A stretch of 64,000 nt of DNA from an uncultured Ignavibacteria bacterium (GCA_963780165.1 CAWABB010000001.1:1816556-1880555); one strand, 5' to 3'. Numbered from the stretch's first letter, positions 8,224 to 17,451 are shown. Notes: generated by a model not told the origin, from the sequence alone. A program made the numbers and translations.

Positions 8224-9639
8224 TTACGCGCGATATGTGGCCGGGTCGATCGAGTGCTCGGCGAGTTTGCGGTACACGGTCTTCCTGTCCACCTCCATCA
8301 GCCGCGCTATCTGGTTGATGTTGCCCCGATGCTCCCGCATGAGCCGGAGCAGGTATCGCTCCTCGGCGACGCGCACAATCACCCCGAGATAATCGCGGTA
8401 CGGAATATCGAGGCCGGGGACGGCGGGTTGCTCATCTCCCGCGAGCGCGTGATCGGCGGCACCGGGGAGTTCGAGGTGCGTGATCGTGTCGCCGGGCGTC
8501 TTGAGCAGCGCACGCTTGATCAGGTTCTCGAGCTCGCGGACATTCCCGCGCCAGGGATGCGCAACCATCTCGCCGATGACGTCAGGACTGATGGAGGTGA
8601 CGCGCCCACCAGCAAGGTGGGCGTGAAGCCGCAAGAAATGCTCCGCAAGCAACGGGATGTCCTCCACGCGCTCGCGCAGTGGCGGAAGCGTGATCGGAAA
8701 CACGTTTAGACGGTAGAAGAGATCCTCGCGGAAATCTCCCGCAGCAACCATGACATCAAGATTGCGGTTCGTTGCGGCCACGACACGGGTGTCGACCGTA
8801 ACGGTCTTCCCTCCGCCGACGCGCTGGAATGTCTTTTCCTGCAGTACCCTCAGGAGCTTCCCCTGCAGCGCTGGCGGCATCTCCCCGATCTCATCCAGGA
8901 AGAGGGTCCCCGTGTCTGCCTCCTCGAACTTCCCGGTCCGCTGCCTGTCGGCTCCCGTGAACGAGCCCCGCTCGTGGCCGAACAGCTCGCTTTCCAGCAG
9001 TTGTTCCGGCAGCGCCGTACAGTTCACGGCAACGAACGGGCTCGACTTCCGTCTGCCGTTGAAGTGCAGCGCACGCGCGACAAGCTCCTTCCCGGTTCCG
9101 CTTTCACCAAGGATCAACACGGTCACGTCGGTGTCGGCAACCTGCGTGATCTGGGTGATCACGTCCCGTATCCCGGGGCTGCGGGAAACCATCCCGCCCA
9201 GACTGTACTTCGTCTGGACGGCGTCCCGCAGCGACCTGAGCTCGAGCTCCCGGAACTGCTGATCCAGAGCCCGGCGGATCTTGATCGACAGCTCCTCATT
9301 GTTGGACGGTTTGGTCAGGTAGTCGATGGCGCCGAGTCGCATGGCTTCCACCGCCGTCTGGATGGAACCGAATCCCGTCACCATGATCACAGGCAGGTCA
9401 GGCCACTGCTGCTTGACGATGCGAAGAAGGTCGATGCCACTTCCGCTCCCCATCACAAGATCGGAAAGGAGCAGGTCACATCGCTGGGCAGCGAGGATAT
9501 CGAGCGCTTTCGTGACGCCGTCGGCCAGCGTCACCTTGTAGCCCTCGTCCTCGAGCACGGTGCGGGTCGCCAGCCGGAAGGCTCCGTCGTCATCCGTCAC
9601 AAGGATGTGTTCTCTCGGGCGTGCGTCAGTGTGTGTCAT
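8224..9639 (-). CDS. Sigma54-dependent response regulator (NtrC family; REC-AAA+-HTH).
   Basis: Receiver domain (ILVTDDD...DLLLSDLVMG...). AAA+ sigma54-interaction domain (GESGTGKELVARALH, GAFTGA-like SFTGA). C-terminal Fis-type HTH. Its start overlaps the stop of the upstream kinase. Confidence 0.9.
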   Translation of the reverse strand: MTHTDARPREHILVTDDDGAFRLATRTVLEDEGYKVTLADGVTKALDILAAQRCDLLLSDLVMGSGSGIDLLRIVKQQWPDLPVIMVTGFGSIQTAVEAMRLGAIDYLTKPSNNEELSIKIRRALDQQFRELELRSLRDAVQTKYSLGGMVSRSPGIRDVITQITQVADTDVTVLILGESGTGKELVARALHFNGRRKSSPFVAVNCTALPEQLLESELFGHERGSFTGADRQRTGKFEEADTGTLFLDEIGEMPPALQGKLLRVLQEKTFQRVGGGKTVTVDTRVVAATNRNLDVMVAAGDFREDLFYRLNVFPITLPPLRERVEDIPLLAEHFLRLHAHLAGGRVTSISPDVIGEMVAHPWRGNVRELENLIKRALLKTPGDTITHLELPGAADHALAGDEQPAVPGLDIPYRDYLGVIVRVAEERYLLRLMREHRGNINQIARLMEVDRKTVYRKLAEHSIDPATYRA

Positions 9640-11209
9640 CGTGCGCGTCTCCGGACGGCAGCGTGATCGTGAGCCGTGTTCCCTTGCCGGCTGTGCTCTG
9701 GACGGTGATCGTGCCGCCGTGCTGGTGAACGATTCCGTGGGTGACCGAGAGGCCGAGGCCGACCCCGCTTACCTCTTTCTTTGTAGTGAAAAAGGCGTCG
9801 AAAATGCGATGAAGGTGTTCGGGAGGGATGCCCGTGCCGGTGTCGTCCACACGGACCACGAGGTTGCCTCCCTCCGCCCGCGCCCCGATCGAGATCGTCC
9901 CACCATGCGGCATCGCATCCCGCGAGTTCAGAAGAAGATTCAGGAACACCTGCTTCAGCTTGTCCCGGGATCCGCGGACTGCAGGGAGTCCGGGGCCCGC
10001 CGATACGTCGATCGAGATACCCTGCCCTGCGAACGATTCCCGGTACATGCGAACAACGTCTTCCACGAGGTCCATCACGTTCACCGGTGAGCGCTCCACC
10101 CGGACCGGAGCGCCGCGGTACATGTCCAGCATCGCCCTCGTCAATCCCGCAAGGCGGTTCACCTCGTCCAGCGCCACCGACACCAGCTCGTGCGCCGGAT
10201 CATCGGCGCGGATTTTCCGGAGCGATGAAGACAGGAGGCTCTGGATGTTATGGACGGGGTTGTTGATCTCGTGCGAAAGCTGGGCGGTCAGCGTGCCAGT
10301 CAGCGCGAGGCGCTCGCTGCGCACGAGGTCTTCCTGTGTCCTGCGCAGGCGCTCGAGTGCCTCTTCGATGTCACGATTCTTCCGCGACAGCTCACGGTTG
10401 GCGTGATCGAGCTCGCCGATCTTCTGCCTGAGCGAGAGACGCATGTCGTCGAACCTTGCCGCAAGGAACCCGAGCTCGTCTCCCGCGTCCGTTTCCTCCG
10501 CCGCCCGAGGGGTGGCAGACTCGAGGTCGCCCTTGCTGATCGCGCGGGTCGCCGCAACCAGCCGGTCCACCGGCCTGGTGACAAACCGCGTGAACATGAA
10601 CGACGAGACAAAGATGACGAGCCCCGTGAATCCCAGGAAGATGAGGAGCGACCGTGTCCAGTTCGCCCTGGTCGCGGCGGTCATATCGGCGAACGAAACG
10701 CTGAGGTCGGCCGCGCCAAGCGTGTAGCCCACGGGCACAGCATGGCACTCCTGGCAGGTCTTTGTTGCAGTGAACGGGATGACCCCTCGGAACCGATCGC
10801 CCGCCCGAACGAACTCGGGGGTTCCGCTCTCCAGTGCCTTCCGCGTCATCGGGTCGCGCGCACCGATGTCGACGAACCGGCGGCTGGTGGCGACCTTCGG
10901 CACCGCAGGCTGCGCTTCCTTGCGCAGCCGGAGGTCATTCACCACGAGCCGCACCGTCTCGAACCGCTCGATGGTATTCACCCGCTCGATAAACGCAGTA
11001 TCGACTTCCAGATTCGTCACCATCATGCTGACCAGGGATTCCCGGAGGATGTCGGCATGTGTGTGGGCGGACAACTGTGCCTGCTCCACCATTTCGCGCT
11101 CCTGGAACCGGTTCTGGAGGAGCACGCTAACCGAGATAAACAGGAGGAACAGGGGGAGAATCCCCAGGAGAATCTTCCGGGAGAGCGGCAGACGCTGCAG
11201 AACGTGCAT
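9626..11209 (-). CDS. Sensor histidine kinase with a periplasmic CXXCH (haem-c) containing sensor domain.
   Basis: N-terminal TM, a periplasmic domain of about 170 aa containing TKTCQECHAVPVGYTLGAADLSVSF, a second TM, HAMP, HisKA (LSHEINNPV) and HATPase_c. The periplasmic module may be Tll0287-like/DUF3365 (haem-c PAS-like), but this is unconfirmed. The likely start is the ATG at 11207-11209. Confidence 0.85.
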   Translation of the reverse strand: MHVLQRLPLSRKILLGILPLFLLFISVSVLLQNRFQEREMVEQAQLSAHTHADILRESLVSMMVTNLEVDTAFIERVNTIERFETVRLVVNDLRLRKEAQPAVPKVATSRRFVDIGARDPMTRKALESGTPEFVRAGDRFRGVIPFTATKTCQECHAVPVGYTLGAADLSVSFADMTAATRANWTRSLLIFLGFTGLVIFVSSFMFTRFVTRPVDRLVAATRAISKGDLESATPRAAEETDAGDELGFLAARFDDMRLSLRQKIGELDHANRELSRKNRDIEEALERLRRTQEDLVRSERLALTGTLTAQLSHEINNPVHNIQSLLSSSLRKIRADDPAHELVSVALDEVNRLAGLTRAMLDMYRGAPVRVERSPVNVMDLVEDVVRMYRESFAGQGISIDVSAGPGLPAVRGSRDKLKQVFLNLLLNSRDAMPHGGTISIGARAEGGNLVVRVDDTGTGIPPEHLHRIFDAFFTTKKEVSGVGLGLSVTHGIVHQHGGTITVQSTAGKGTRLTITLPSGDAHDDTH

Positions 11210-11331
11210 GGAACGGCCGGTAATTGGTGGACGGCGACGGCTGATTCGGCTCAAGGTACCTGTTTGACGAAAGAGAATCAAAAAACAGCCTTCTTGAACC
11301 TCCACATTCGGATGCCTATATTATAGATTCG

Positions 11332-11781
11332 ATGTGCATTTCACATCGCACGCTGATGACGCCAAGCTCCTCGACACTCTCTCTTCTGGCCGCACTGGAC
11401 ACCGCCTCCCGCGGACAGCTGAAGCGACGCGACGACCTCGGAATATTGCTTGACCTGGGGGCCTCCCCGGAGCAGTCTGCCGTACTCGCCGATCTGGCAT
11501 TTCGCTCGAAATTCCTGACGCGCGCATTCGGCATCATGCAGAGGATCGGCCGTGAAGGGAATGGTTACGACAGGCTGGAAACGGAATTCGCCGTCAACAT
11601 GGACGCGGCCCGCGGCCGTCTGCGCTCACTTCTTTCCGGTGCCCCGGACGACATCCGAGACCGCTTCTCTTCCTCATACCTCGCACTGACCCCCGGCGGG
11701 CTCAGCACTCTGATGGCGCTCCTGGGCGATCTCACGTGGTACAAGAACTGGCTCCTCGACAGCAAGCAGGCGCACGTATGA
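11332..11781 (+). CDS. Hypothetical protein, first gene of an ATGA-coupled operon.
   Basis: 149-aa ORF with no recognizable motif. Its stop overlaps the next start (ATGA at 11778-11781). Confidence 0.45.
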   Translation: MCISHRTLMTPSSSTLSLLAALDTASRGQLKRRDDLGILLDLGASPEQSAVLADLAFRSKFLTRAFGIMQRIGREGNGYDRLETEFAVNMDAARGRLRSLLSGAPDDIRDRFSSSYLALTPGGLSTLMALLGDLTWYKNWLLDSKQAHV

Positions 11782-12326
11782 CGGACAATCGCCCGGACGC
11801 CAGGCTGCAGGACCGCGTCTTCCGGCTGGCGCTCGTCGTCCTCCTGATGGCAACCATTGTGTGGTTCGGCGCGAGCATCATGCGCATCATGCTCTGGAGC
11901 GAGCTGTTGAAGCCGGGCACGCTGCAGTTCGAGGACTATATCGCCCCCGAAGCGGAACGTGAGATCTACCGGCTGCTCTCGATGGCCTCGGCCTACGCCA
12001 TTGGCGGATACGTGATCGTCATCATGAGCAGCGTCGTGGTGCTCGCCACCTCTCCTCTGCGGCCAAAAGACCACGGTTGGCTTATGCTGAGCGCCATCCT
12101 CCTCTTTCTCTTCGTCCCCGTCGAGGTGTACACTGCGTATCTCGATCTGAAGATGATCTACATGGAATTTTACACGGCGGAGGCCCGCGCCTCGTTTCGC
12201 GAGCTCTTTCTCGCCCGCGTCGGCGCCCTCGCTGGCACCCCCTTCATCGCACAGCTCTGCTACATCACCATCATCGTGGTGGTGGTATTCCAGCCGTTCC
12301 GAAAACGTTTTCCATCCGCGCCATGA
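11778..12326 (+). CDS. Hypothetical integral membrane protein (4 TM).
   Basis: Four hydrophobic helices. ATGA overlaps at both ends. Confidence 0.5.
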   Translation: MTDNRPDARLQDRVFRLALVVLLMATIVWFGASIMRIMLWSELLKPGTLQFEDYIAPEAEREIYRLLSMASAYAIGGYVIVIMSSVVVLATSPLRPKDHGWLMLSAILLFLFVPVEVYTAYLDLKMIYMEFYTAEARASFRELFLARVGALAGTPFIAQLCYITIIVVVVFQPFRKRFPSAP

Positions 12327-12595
12327 AAGCCGAGGACATCATCGAAGAGCTGCAGGACGTCGCCAGACAGATCGGCGTCACCGTCCGGTTTGAAAAGGGT
12401 GATTTCGAGGGCGGATACTGCGTGCTGCGGGATCAGCACCTCGTGCTGATCAACAAGCGGCTCATGCCCTCGCGCAAGGCCTCCACGCTGGCGCTCGCGC
12501 TGCAGAACATCGGCCTGGAGACGATCTTCCTGAAGCCTGCCATCCGTCAGTTCATCGAAGACGAGGCCGTGAAAGCCTCGCGGGAGGCGCGATGA
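12323..12595 (+). CDS. Hypothetical small protein (90 aa).
   Basis: MKAEDIIEELQDVARQIGVTVRFEKGDFEGGYCVLRDQHLVLINKRL... ATGA overlaps at both ends, and coding-like codon usage. Confidence 0.5.
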   Translation: MKAEDIIEELQDVARQIGVTVRFEKGDFEGGYCVLRDQHLVLINKRLMPSRKASTLALALQNIGLETIFLKPAIRQFIEDEAVKASREAR

Positions 12596-13290
12596 TCAAG
12601 GCCGTGATTTTTGACCTCGACAACACGCTCGTGGATTTTATGAGCATGAAGCGGCAGGCCGTCGATGCCGCGATCCAGTCGATGATCGATGCGGGGCTGA
12701 GGCTGAGCCCCGGCGCCGTCCGCGAACGCATCGACGCGATCTACAAGGAGCGGGGCATCGAGTTCCAGAACGTCTTCGACCAGCTGCTCTACGATGTCTT
12801 CCAGAAGGTCGACTACAAGATCCTGTCCGCAGGCATCGTCGCCTACCGCCGGGCCCGGGAGGCGGCACTGGTTCCGTATCCGCATGTGAATATGACGTTG
12901 CTCGCGCTGCTGAAGCGCGGGATCAAGCTCGCGGTAGTCAGCGACGCGCCCAGCCGCGAGGCGTGGCTCCGCCTCTGCTACCTGAACCTCCAGCACGCAT
13001 TCGATGTGGTCGTCACGTTCGAGGACACCGGTCAGCACAAGCCGAGCCCCGCACCCTTCCTCAAGGCACTCACCGGCCTGGGAGTCGAGGCGCACGAGAC
13101 TCTCATGGTCGGCGACTGGCCGGAGCGGGACATGGTGGGGGCGGCAACCGTCGGCATCACCACAGTGTTCGCCCGCTATGGCGATACGTTCGGGACAATC
13201 CATTCCGGGGCGAAATACGACGTCAACGACGTGTCCGAGCTTCTGACTGTCATCGACAGGGAAAACGGGATCCCGGGGGATATCCGATGA
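12592..13290 (+). CDS. HAD-superfamily hydrolase.
   Basis: Motif I is FDLDNTLVD. K-PSP and GD.P.D motifs are present, and the length is typical (232 aa). Confidence 0.85.
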   Translation: MIKAVIFDLDNTLVDFMSMKRQAVDAAIQSMIDAGLRLSPGAVRERIDAIYKERGIEFQNVFDQLLYDVFQKVDYKILSAGIVAYRRAREAALVPYPHVNMTLLALLKRGIKLAVVSDAPSREAWLRLCYLNLQHAFDVVVTFEDTGQHKPSPAPFLKALTGLGVEAHETLMVGDWPERDMVGAATVGITTVFARYGDTFGTIHSGAKYDVNDVSELLTVIDRENGIPGDIR

Positions 13291-13664
13291 TCAAGGGAAT
13301 CGGCGTCGACATCATCGAGATCGATCGTATCCGTCGCCTGGCGACTGACAGCGGAGAGAGGTTCCTTCAGCGGGTGTTCACCGAGGGCGAGCTCCGGTAC
13401 GCCGCCGGAAAGCACCATCAGTACCAGCACCTCGCGGCACGCTTCGCCGCCAAGGAGGCAACGAGCAAGGCCCTGGCCACCGGATGGTCCGGGGCTTTCC
13501 GCTGGACGGACGTCGAGGTGGTCAACGACCCCACGGGCCAGCCGCGCATCGTGCTCCATGGCGAGCTCGAGAAGTTGCTGGCCGGCGCCACCGTCCATGT
13601 CACCATCTCCCACTCGGATTTTCACGTCGTCGCGATGGTTGTCATCGAGGAGTCCCGGCCGTGA
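13287..13664 (+). CDS. acpS: Holo-[acyl-carrier-protein] synthase (4'-phosphopantetheinyl transferase).
   Basis: MIKGIGVDIIEIDRI...FTEGELRYA...RFAAKEATSKALGTG... is a canonical AcpS sequence of 125 aa. Confidence 0.9.
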   Translation: MIKGIGVDIIEIDRIRRLATDSGERFLQRVFTEGELRYAAGKHHQYQHLAARFAAKEATSKALATGWSGAFRWTDVEVVNDPTGQPRIVLHGELEKLLAGATVHVTISHSDFHVVAMVVIEESRP

Positions 13665-13666
13665 GG

Positions 13667-15124
13667 ATGAGCATTTACGGGAAGATGGTGATCGGGTTTG
13701 GTGTCATCATCCTGGTGCTGGTCCTCGTCAACGGGTCCATCCTGTTTCAGCTGCGGGAGTTCTCGGACACGGTTCGCCTCATGCTGGCAACGAACGCCCG
13801 CACCATCGAAGCTGCCCGCCAGGCGCGCACGCTACTGGCTGAAGAGGAGGGGAGCGCCCGGAAACTCCTTGTCACCGGCGACACCCTGTACAGGGCTCTC
13901 TTTGCCGACGTCGCCTCGCTCTCCCGGCCACTCATCGATTCCGTCCTCCCATCGATCTCGCCGCCCCGCGAACGTCCGGCGCTCGCGGCCATCGCCGCGT
14001 CCCATCGCACGCTTTGCGAGTCGATCATGAACCCCGCGATGCTGCCGGGCAAGGGAACGGCCTCGGGGCTGCGGGAAGCGGCGATCGCCGACACAATCGC
14101 TCGGCTTCAACTGTCGCTGGACGGAGTGATCATGCGCACGCGCGAGGACATGAGCCGCTCGATGACCGAGCTCGAGACGAACACCGGGCGAGCGCTGGAA
14201 CGCGCGGCGTACCTGACCATCGGGGCGTTGCTCGGCACGCTGCTCGTCGCGCTCATCATCACGCGCACCATTACCCGCCCGCTGAAGGCCCTGCAGGCCG
14301 GAACGCGCCACGTTCTCGAGGGAGTCCATGTCCCTATCCGGGTCTCCTCCAGAGACGAGATCGCCAGCCTTGCCGACGACTTCAACGACATGAGCGAGCG
14401 GCTGAAACGGAGCAACGAACTCCGGACGGAAATGCTGCAGCAGATCTCACATGAGATTCGGAGTCCGCTGCAGTCCATGTACGCCGCATACTACCTCCTC
14501 TCCCAGCAGATCGCGGGCCCGATCACGGACGAGCAGCGCAAGGTGATCGGCAACATCAAGAACAACATCGACCGCATTTCGGATTTCAGCACACACTTCC
14601 TCGACCTTGCAAAGATCGAAGCGGGCGTGATGCCGTTCGCCCCCGAAACGGTCAACCTCGCCGACGTGATCGCCCCGGCCGTCGAGAACGCCCTGCTCGT
14701 CGCGCGTGAACGGAACATCACCCTCACGCTGGAGGCCACAGAGACCCCCCGGGTGACAGTCGATCCCGGCAAGATCGAGCAGGTTGCGACGAATTTTCTG
14801 ACCAACGCCCTGAAATATACGCCCGAGGGCGGAAGGATCACCGTTCACGTCGGCCCCTCCGAATTCGGGACGCAGCTCACCGTCACCGACACCGGCGTGG
14901 GAATCCCGCCGGAGGACGTGCCGAAACTCTTCACGAAGTTCTTCCAGGCAGCGAATTCCGGACAGACGGGGAGGAAGGGGACCGGTCTCGGGCTCGCCCT
15001 CGTACGGGCGATCATCAAGCAGCACGGCGGCCATGTCCGCGCGGAAAGCGTGCTCGGCTCGGGCTCGACGTTCATCGCCGAGTTCCCGCCGGCAACTGTC
15101 AGCCAGGAGGAATCAGCATCATGA
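13667..15124 (+). CDS. Sensor histidine kinase (TM-sensor-HAMP-HisKA-HATPase).
   Basis: N-terminal TM, HAMP, HisKA (ISHEIRSPLQSM) and HATPase_c (DTGVGIP..., GTGLGLAL). Confidence 0.9.
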   Translation: MSIYGKMVIGFGVIILVLVLVNGSILFQLREFSDTVRLMLATNARTIEAARQARTLLAEEEGSARKLLVTGDTLYRALFADVASLSRPLIDSVLPSISPPRERPALAAIAASHRTLCESIMNPAMLPGKGTASGLREAAIADTIARLQLSLDGVIMRTREDMSRSMTELETNTGRALERAAYLTIGALLGTLLVALIITRTITRPLKALQAGTRHVLEGVHVPIRVSSRDEIASLADDFNDMSERLKRSNELRTEMLQQISHEIRSPLQSMYAAYYLLSQQIAGPITDEQRKVIGNIKNNIDRISDFSTHFLDLAKIEAGVMPFAPETVNLADVIAPAVENALLVARERNITLTLEATETPRVTVDPGKIEQVATNFLTNALKYTPEGGRITVHVGPSEFGTQLTVTDTGVGIPPEDVPKLFTKFFQAANSGQTGRKGTGLGLALVRAIIKQHGGHVRAESVLGSGSTFIAEFPPATVSQEESAS

Positions 15125-15669
15125 CGGATTCACTGCGATATTCGCCGGCAGTCATCCTGTGCTGCGTATTGTTGGCAGGCTGCGCGCCATCGAAGGACAC
15201 TGGCTCGGCAGAGGGCGACGCCGAGGCGGTCCTGGCATTCGCCGAATCGCTCGAAGCCGATTCCTTGCTCGACCAGGCTACAGCTCAATACGCGATAGTC
15301 GCAGAGCAGTTCCCGACGGCCGACGTCTATCCGCTGGCCGTTCGACGGGTAGCGTTTCTGTACGCTCATCCCGACAATCCCGCCCATAACGACACGCTGG
15401 CGTTACGGTGGATGAGGATCTACAATCCCCTGGCGCGCACCCGGGAGGAACGGCAGGAGGTCGCCGTGGCCACAACCCTGATCCAGCAGAACATGGCGCT
15501 CCGTGAGCAGCTGGGCCACGAATCCGCTTCCGGCGACAGCCTTGCGACGCTTCTCCGCAGGCAGGGTCGCCGCGTCAGGGACCTCGAAACGGAATTGCAG
15601 CAGGTCAACGACGAGCTCCGCAAACTCAAGGAAGTTGACGTGCGCACGTCCCGGACACGAAAGAAGTGA
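15121..15669 (+). CDS. Lipoprotein with a C-terminal coiled coil, uncharacterized.
   Basis: Lipobox LLAGC. Coiled-coil heptads sit near the C-terminus. Its ATG overlaps the kinase stop (ATGA). Confidence 0.6.
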   Translation: MTDSLRYSPAVILCCVLLAGCAPSKDTGSAEGDAEAVLAFAESLEADSLLDQATAQYAIVAEQFPTADVYPLAVRRVAFLYAHPDNPAHNDTLALRWMRIYNPLARTREERQEVAVATTLIQQNMALREQLGHESASGDSLATLLRRQGRRVRDLETELQQVNDELRKLKEVDVRTSRTRKK

Positions 15670-15797
15670 TCCCCGTCGCATGATCTTCGGGTGGCGGCAG
15701 GGCTTGCGCCGCCGATCCCCCCCGGGGGGGGGCGGTTTGCAACTCAGAGGCAGATTCTGTAAGTTCTTCTCGATTACGTCACGGCGCGTGAGGGACC

Positions 15798-16181
15798 ATG
15801 AAGTCGCTCGGCATCAAAAAACTGTACTACTCCATCAGCGAGGTCAGCAAGATCACCGACCTCGAGCAGTATGTCCTGCGCTACTGGGAGTCGGAGTTCG
15901 ACGAGCTGAAGCCGGCGAAGAACCGGGCGGGAAACAGGATCTACACAAACCGTGACATCAAGCTGATCCTGTACATCAAGAAGCTGCTGCGCGACGAGCG
16001 CTACACCATCGAGGGGGCAAAGCAGGTCCTGAAGAGCTACGCTCCCGATACCGGCCTGGGCGAGCAGCTCGAGCTGATTAACCAGCCGAAGGCCCGGACA
16101 AAGATCAAGGACGAACAACTCCGGTCCGACGTGACGGAAGTGAAGACCTTCCTCGAAGACCTGCTGAAGAAGTTGAACTGA
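15798..16181 (+). CDS. MerR-family transcriptional regulator.
   Basis: N-terminal HTH (YYSISEVSKITDLEQYVLRYWESEF) followed by a coiled-coil tail. Confidence 0.7.
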   Translation: MKSLGIKKLYYSISEVSKITDLEQYVLRYWESEFDELKPAKNRAGNRIYTNRDIKLILYIKKLLRDERYTIEGAKQVLKSYAPDTGLGEQLELINQPKARTKIKDEQLRSDVTEVKTFLEDLLKKLN

Positions 16182-16206
16182 CGACAGCACCAGATTGCGC
16201 AAACGC

Positions 16207-16245
16207 CTGCGGGGCCGTCCATCGGGACGGCCCCGCACTGTTTTG
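16207..16245. terminator. Rho-independent terminator between convergent genes.
   Basis: GCGGGGCCGTCC-atcg-GGACGGCCCCGC forms a perfect 12-bp stem, followed by ACTGTTTTGTT. Confidence 0.7.
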
Positions 16246-16280
16246 TTGCCCACGACTGGCGGGAATCGAAACGTCAGGAC

Positions 16281-16988
16281 CTAGTCGCAGCACCCTCCGT
16301 GAGGAGCGGCCGGCAAGGGAGCCGCAGGGCTGACATACGGAATTCCCAGACCGAGCCCCCGCACAATCAACAACACGCCCAGCAGTGCGCCGAACCACGG
16401 GAGCATTGCGACGAGCTTCATCCTGAAGGAGCCCGGCAGTTTGTATCCCGCCATCGACAACCCCAGCATGATGGGCACAGTACCCGTGCCGAAGCCGGCC
16501 ATGAACATCACTCCGCCGGCCTCGGAGCCGGTCGTAGCCGCGCCGGCGAGCGCCGCCACAACGAACCCACACGGGAGAAAGCCGTTCAGCACGCCTACCA
16601 GAAACAACGCGAACAGCGACCGGCGTCGGAACAGCGAGCCCAGCGCGTCAGTCATGCGCCTCTGCACGGCATCGGCACCGGGGACACGGGGAAGGAAGCG
16701 GCGTGCAACCGCCGGGGCGAGGGATGTAAGAATCAGGAATGCGCCGAGAACAATGGAAAGGGCCTGCTGGTAGCCGAGAAGCGCGATGCCTCTGCCGATG
16801 GCGCCGACCACGAGGCCCAGCAGAGCGTATGTCACAATACGGCCGCTGTTGTAGGTAAGTCGACCTGCGAGGAGCGGCCATGCGGTCTTCCCGCCAGTTG
16901 GCAGCGCAAGCGCGATGGGCCCGCACATCCCGGCACAATGCACGCTTCCCATGACGCCGACAAGAAATCCCGATACAATCTCCATCAC
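16281..16988 (-). CDS. DsbD_2/TauE-like membrane protein associated with cbb3 oxidase maturation.
   Basis: Multi-TM protein with an HCAGMCGP motif near the N-terminus. It is the last gene of the cco cluster. Confidence 0.6.
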   Translation of the reverse strand: MMEIVSGFLVGVMGSVHCAGMCGPIALALPTGGKTAWPLLAGRLTYNSGRIVTYALLGLVVGAIGRGIALLGYQQALSIVLGAFLILTSLAPAVARRFLPRVPGADAVQRRMTDALGSLFRRRSLFALFLVGVLNGFLPCGFVVAALAGAATTGSEAGGVMFMAGFGTGTVPIMLGLSMAGYKLPGSFRMKLVAMLPWFGALLGVLLIVRGLGLGIPYVSPAAPLPAAPHGGCCD

Positions 16989-16995
16989 GGAGCCC

Positions 16996-17451
16996 TCAGT
17001 TCAGAACGACTTTCGCCTCTTCATAGTACTGCGCTCCGCCGGCGAGCCATTCGACCTTCACCGTCCAGAGCCCGGGGTGCAGCCACGGTGATTCAATACG
17101 CATCGTTCCGGACGAGTCCAGGCTGAGCGGCGCGGCAAAATCCATCGCGCGGTCCGACGGACGGTAGAGCGTCACGGTTCCGTTCACCTCGCCGGACCGA
17201 GCGACCCCGGGGATCATGATCGTCACGCCGCCGGTCGTTCCGCTCACCGTCATCAGGGCGCCCGAGGATCGCGCACGCTGGATGCTCTGAATCCGCCCCT
17301 CGTACTCGAGCCCCCGCTGGTAGTAGTCGTCCGCGACCAGGTCGGTCGGGCTCGAGAGCGCGATCCAGACCATCACTGCCAAGCCCACACCGAAGATCGC
17401 GAACGCGATCACGATCCCGGTCCCCCAGTTCAATGTGCGCGCCGCGTTCAT
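16996..17451 (-). CDS. ccoH: FixH/CcoH-family protein.
   Basis: Single N-terminal TM plus a FixH-like periplasmic domain. ATGA overlap with ccoG. Confidence 0.65.
   Translation of the reverse strand: MNAARTLNWGTGIVIAFAIFGVGLAVMVWIALSSPTDLVADDYYQRGLEYEGRIQSIQRARSSGALMTVSGTTGGVTIMIPGVARSGEVNGTVTLYRPSDRAMDFAAPLSLDSSGTMRIESPWLHPGLWTVKVEWLAGGAQYYEEAKVVLN

Noticed and set aside
10250-11326. 358-aa plus-strand ORF.
   Set aside because: It is antisense to the histidine kinase (9626..11209).
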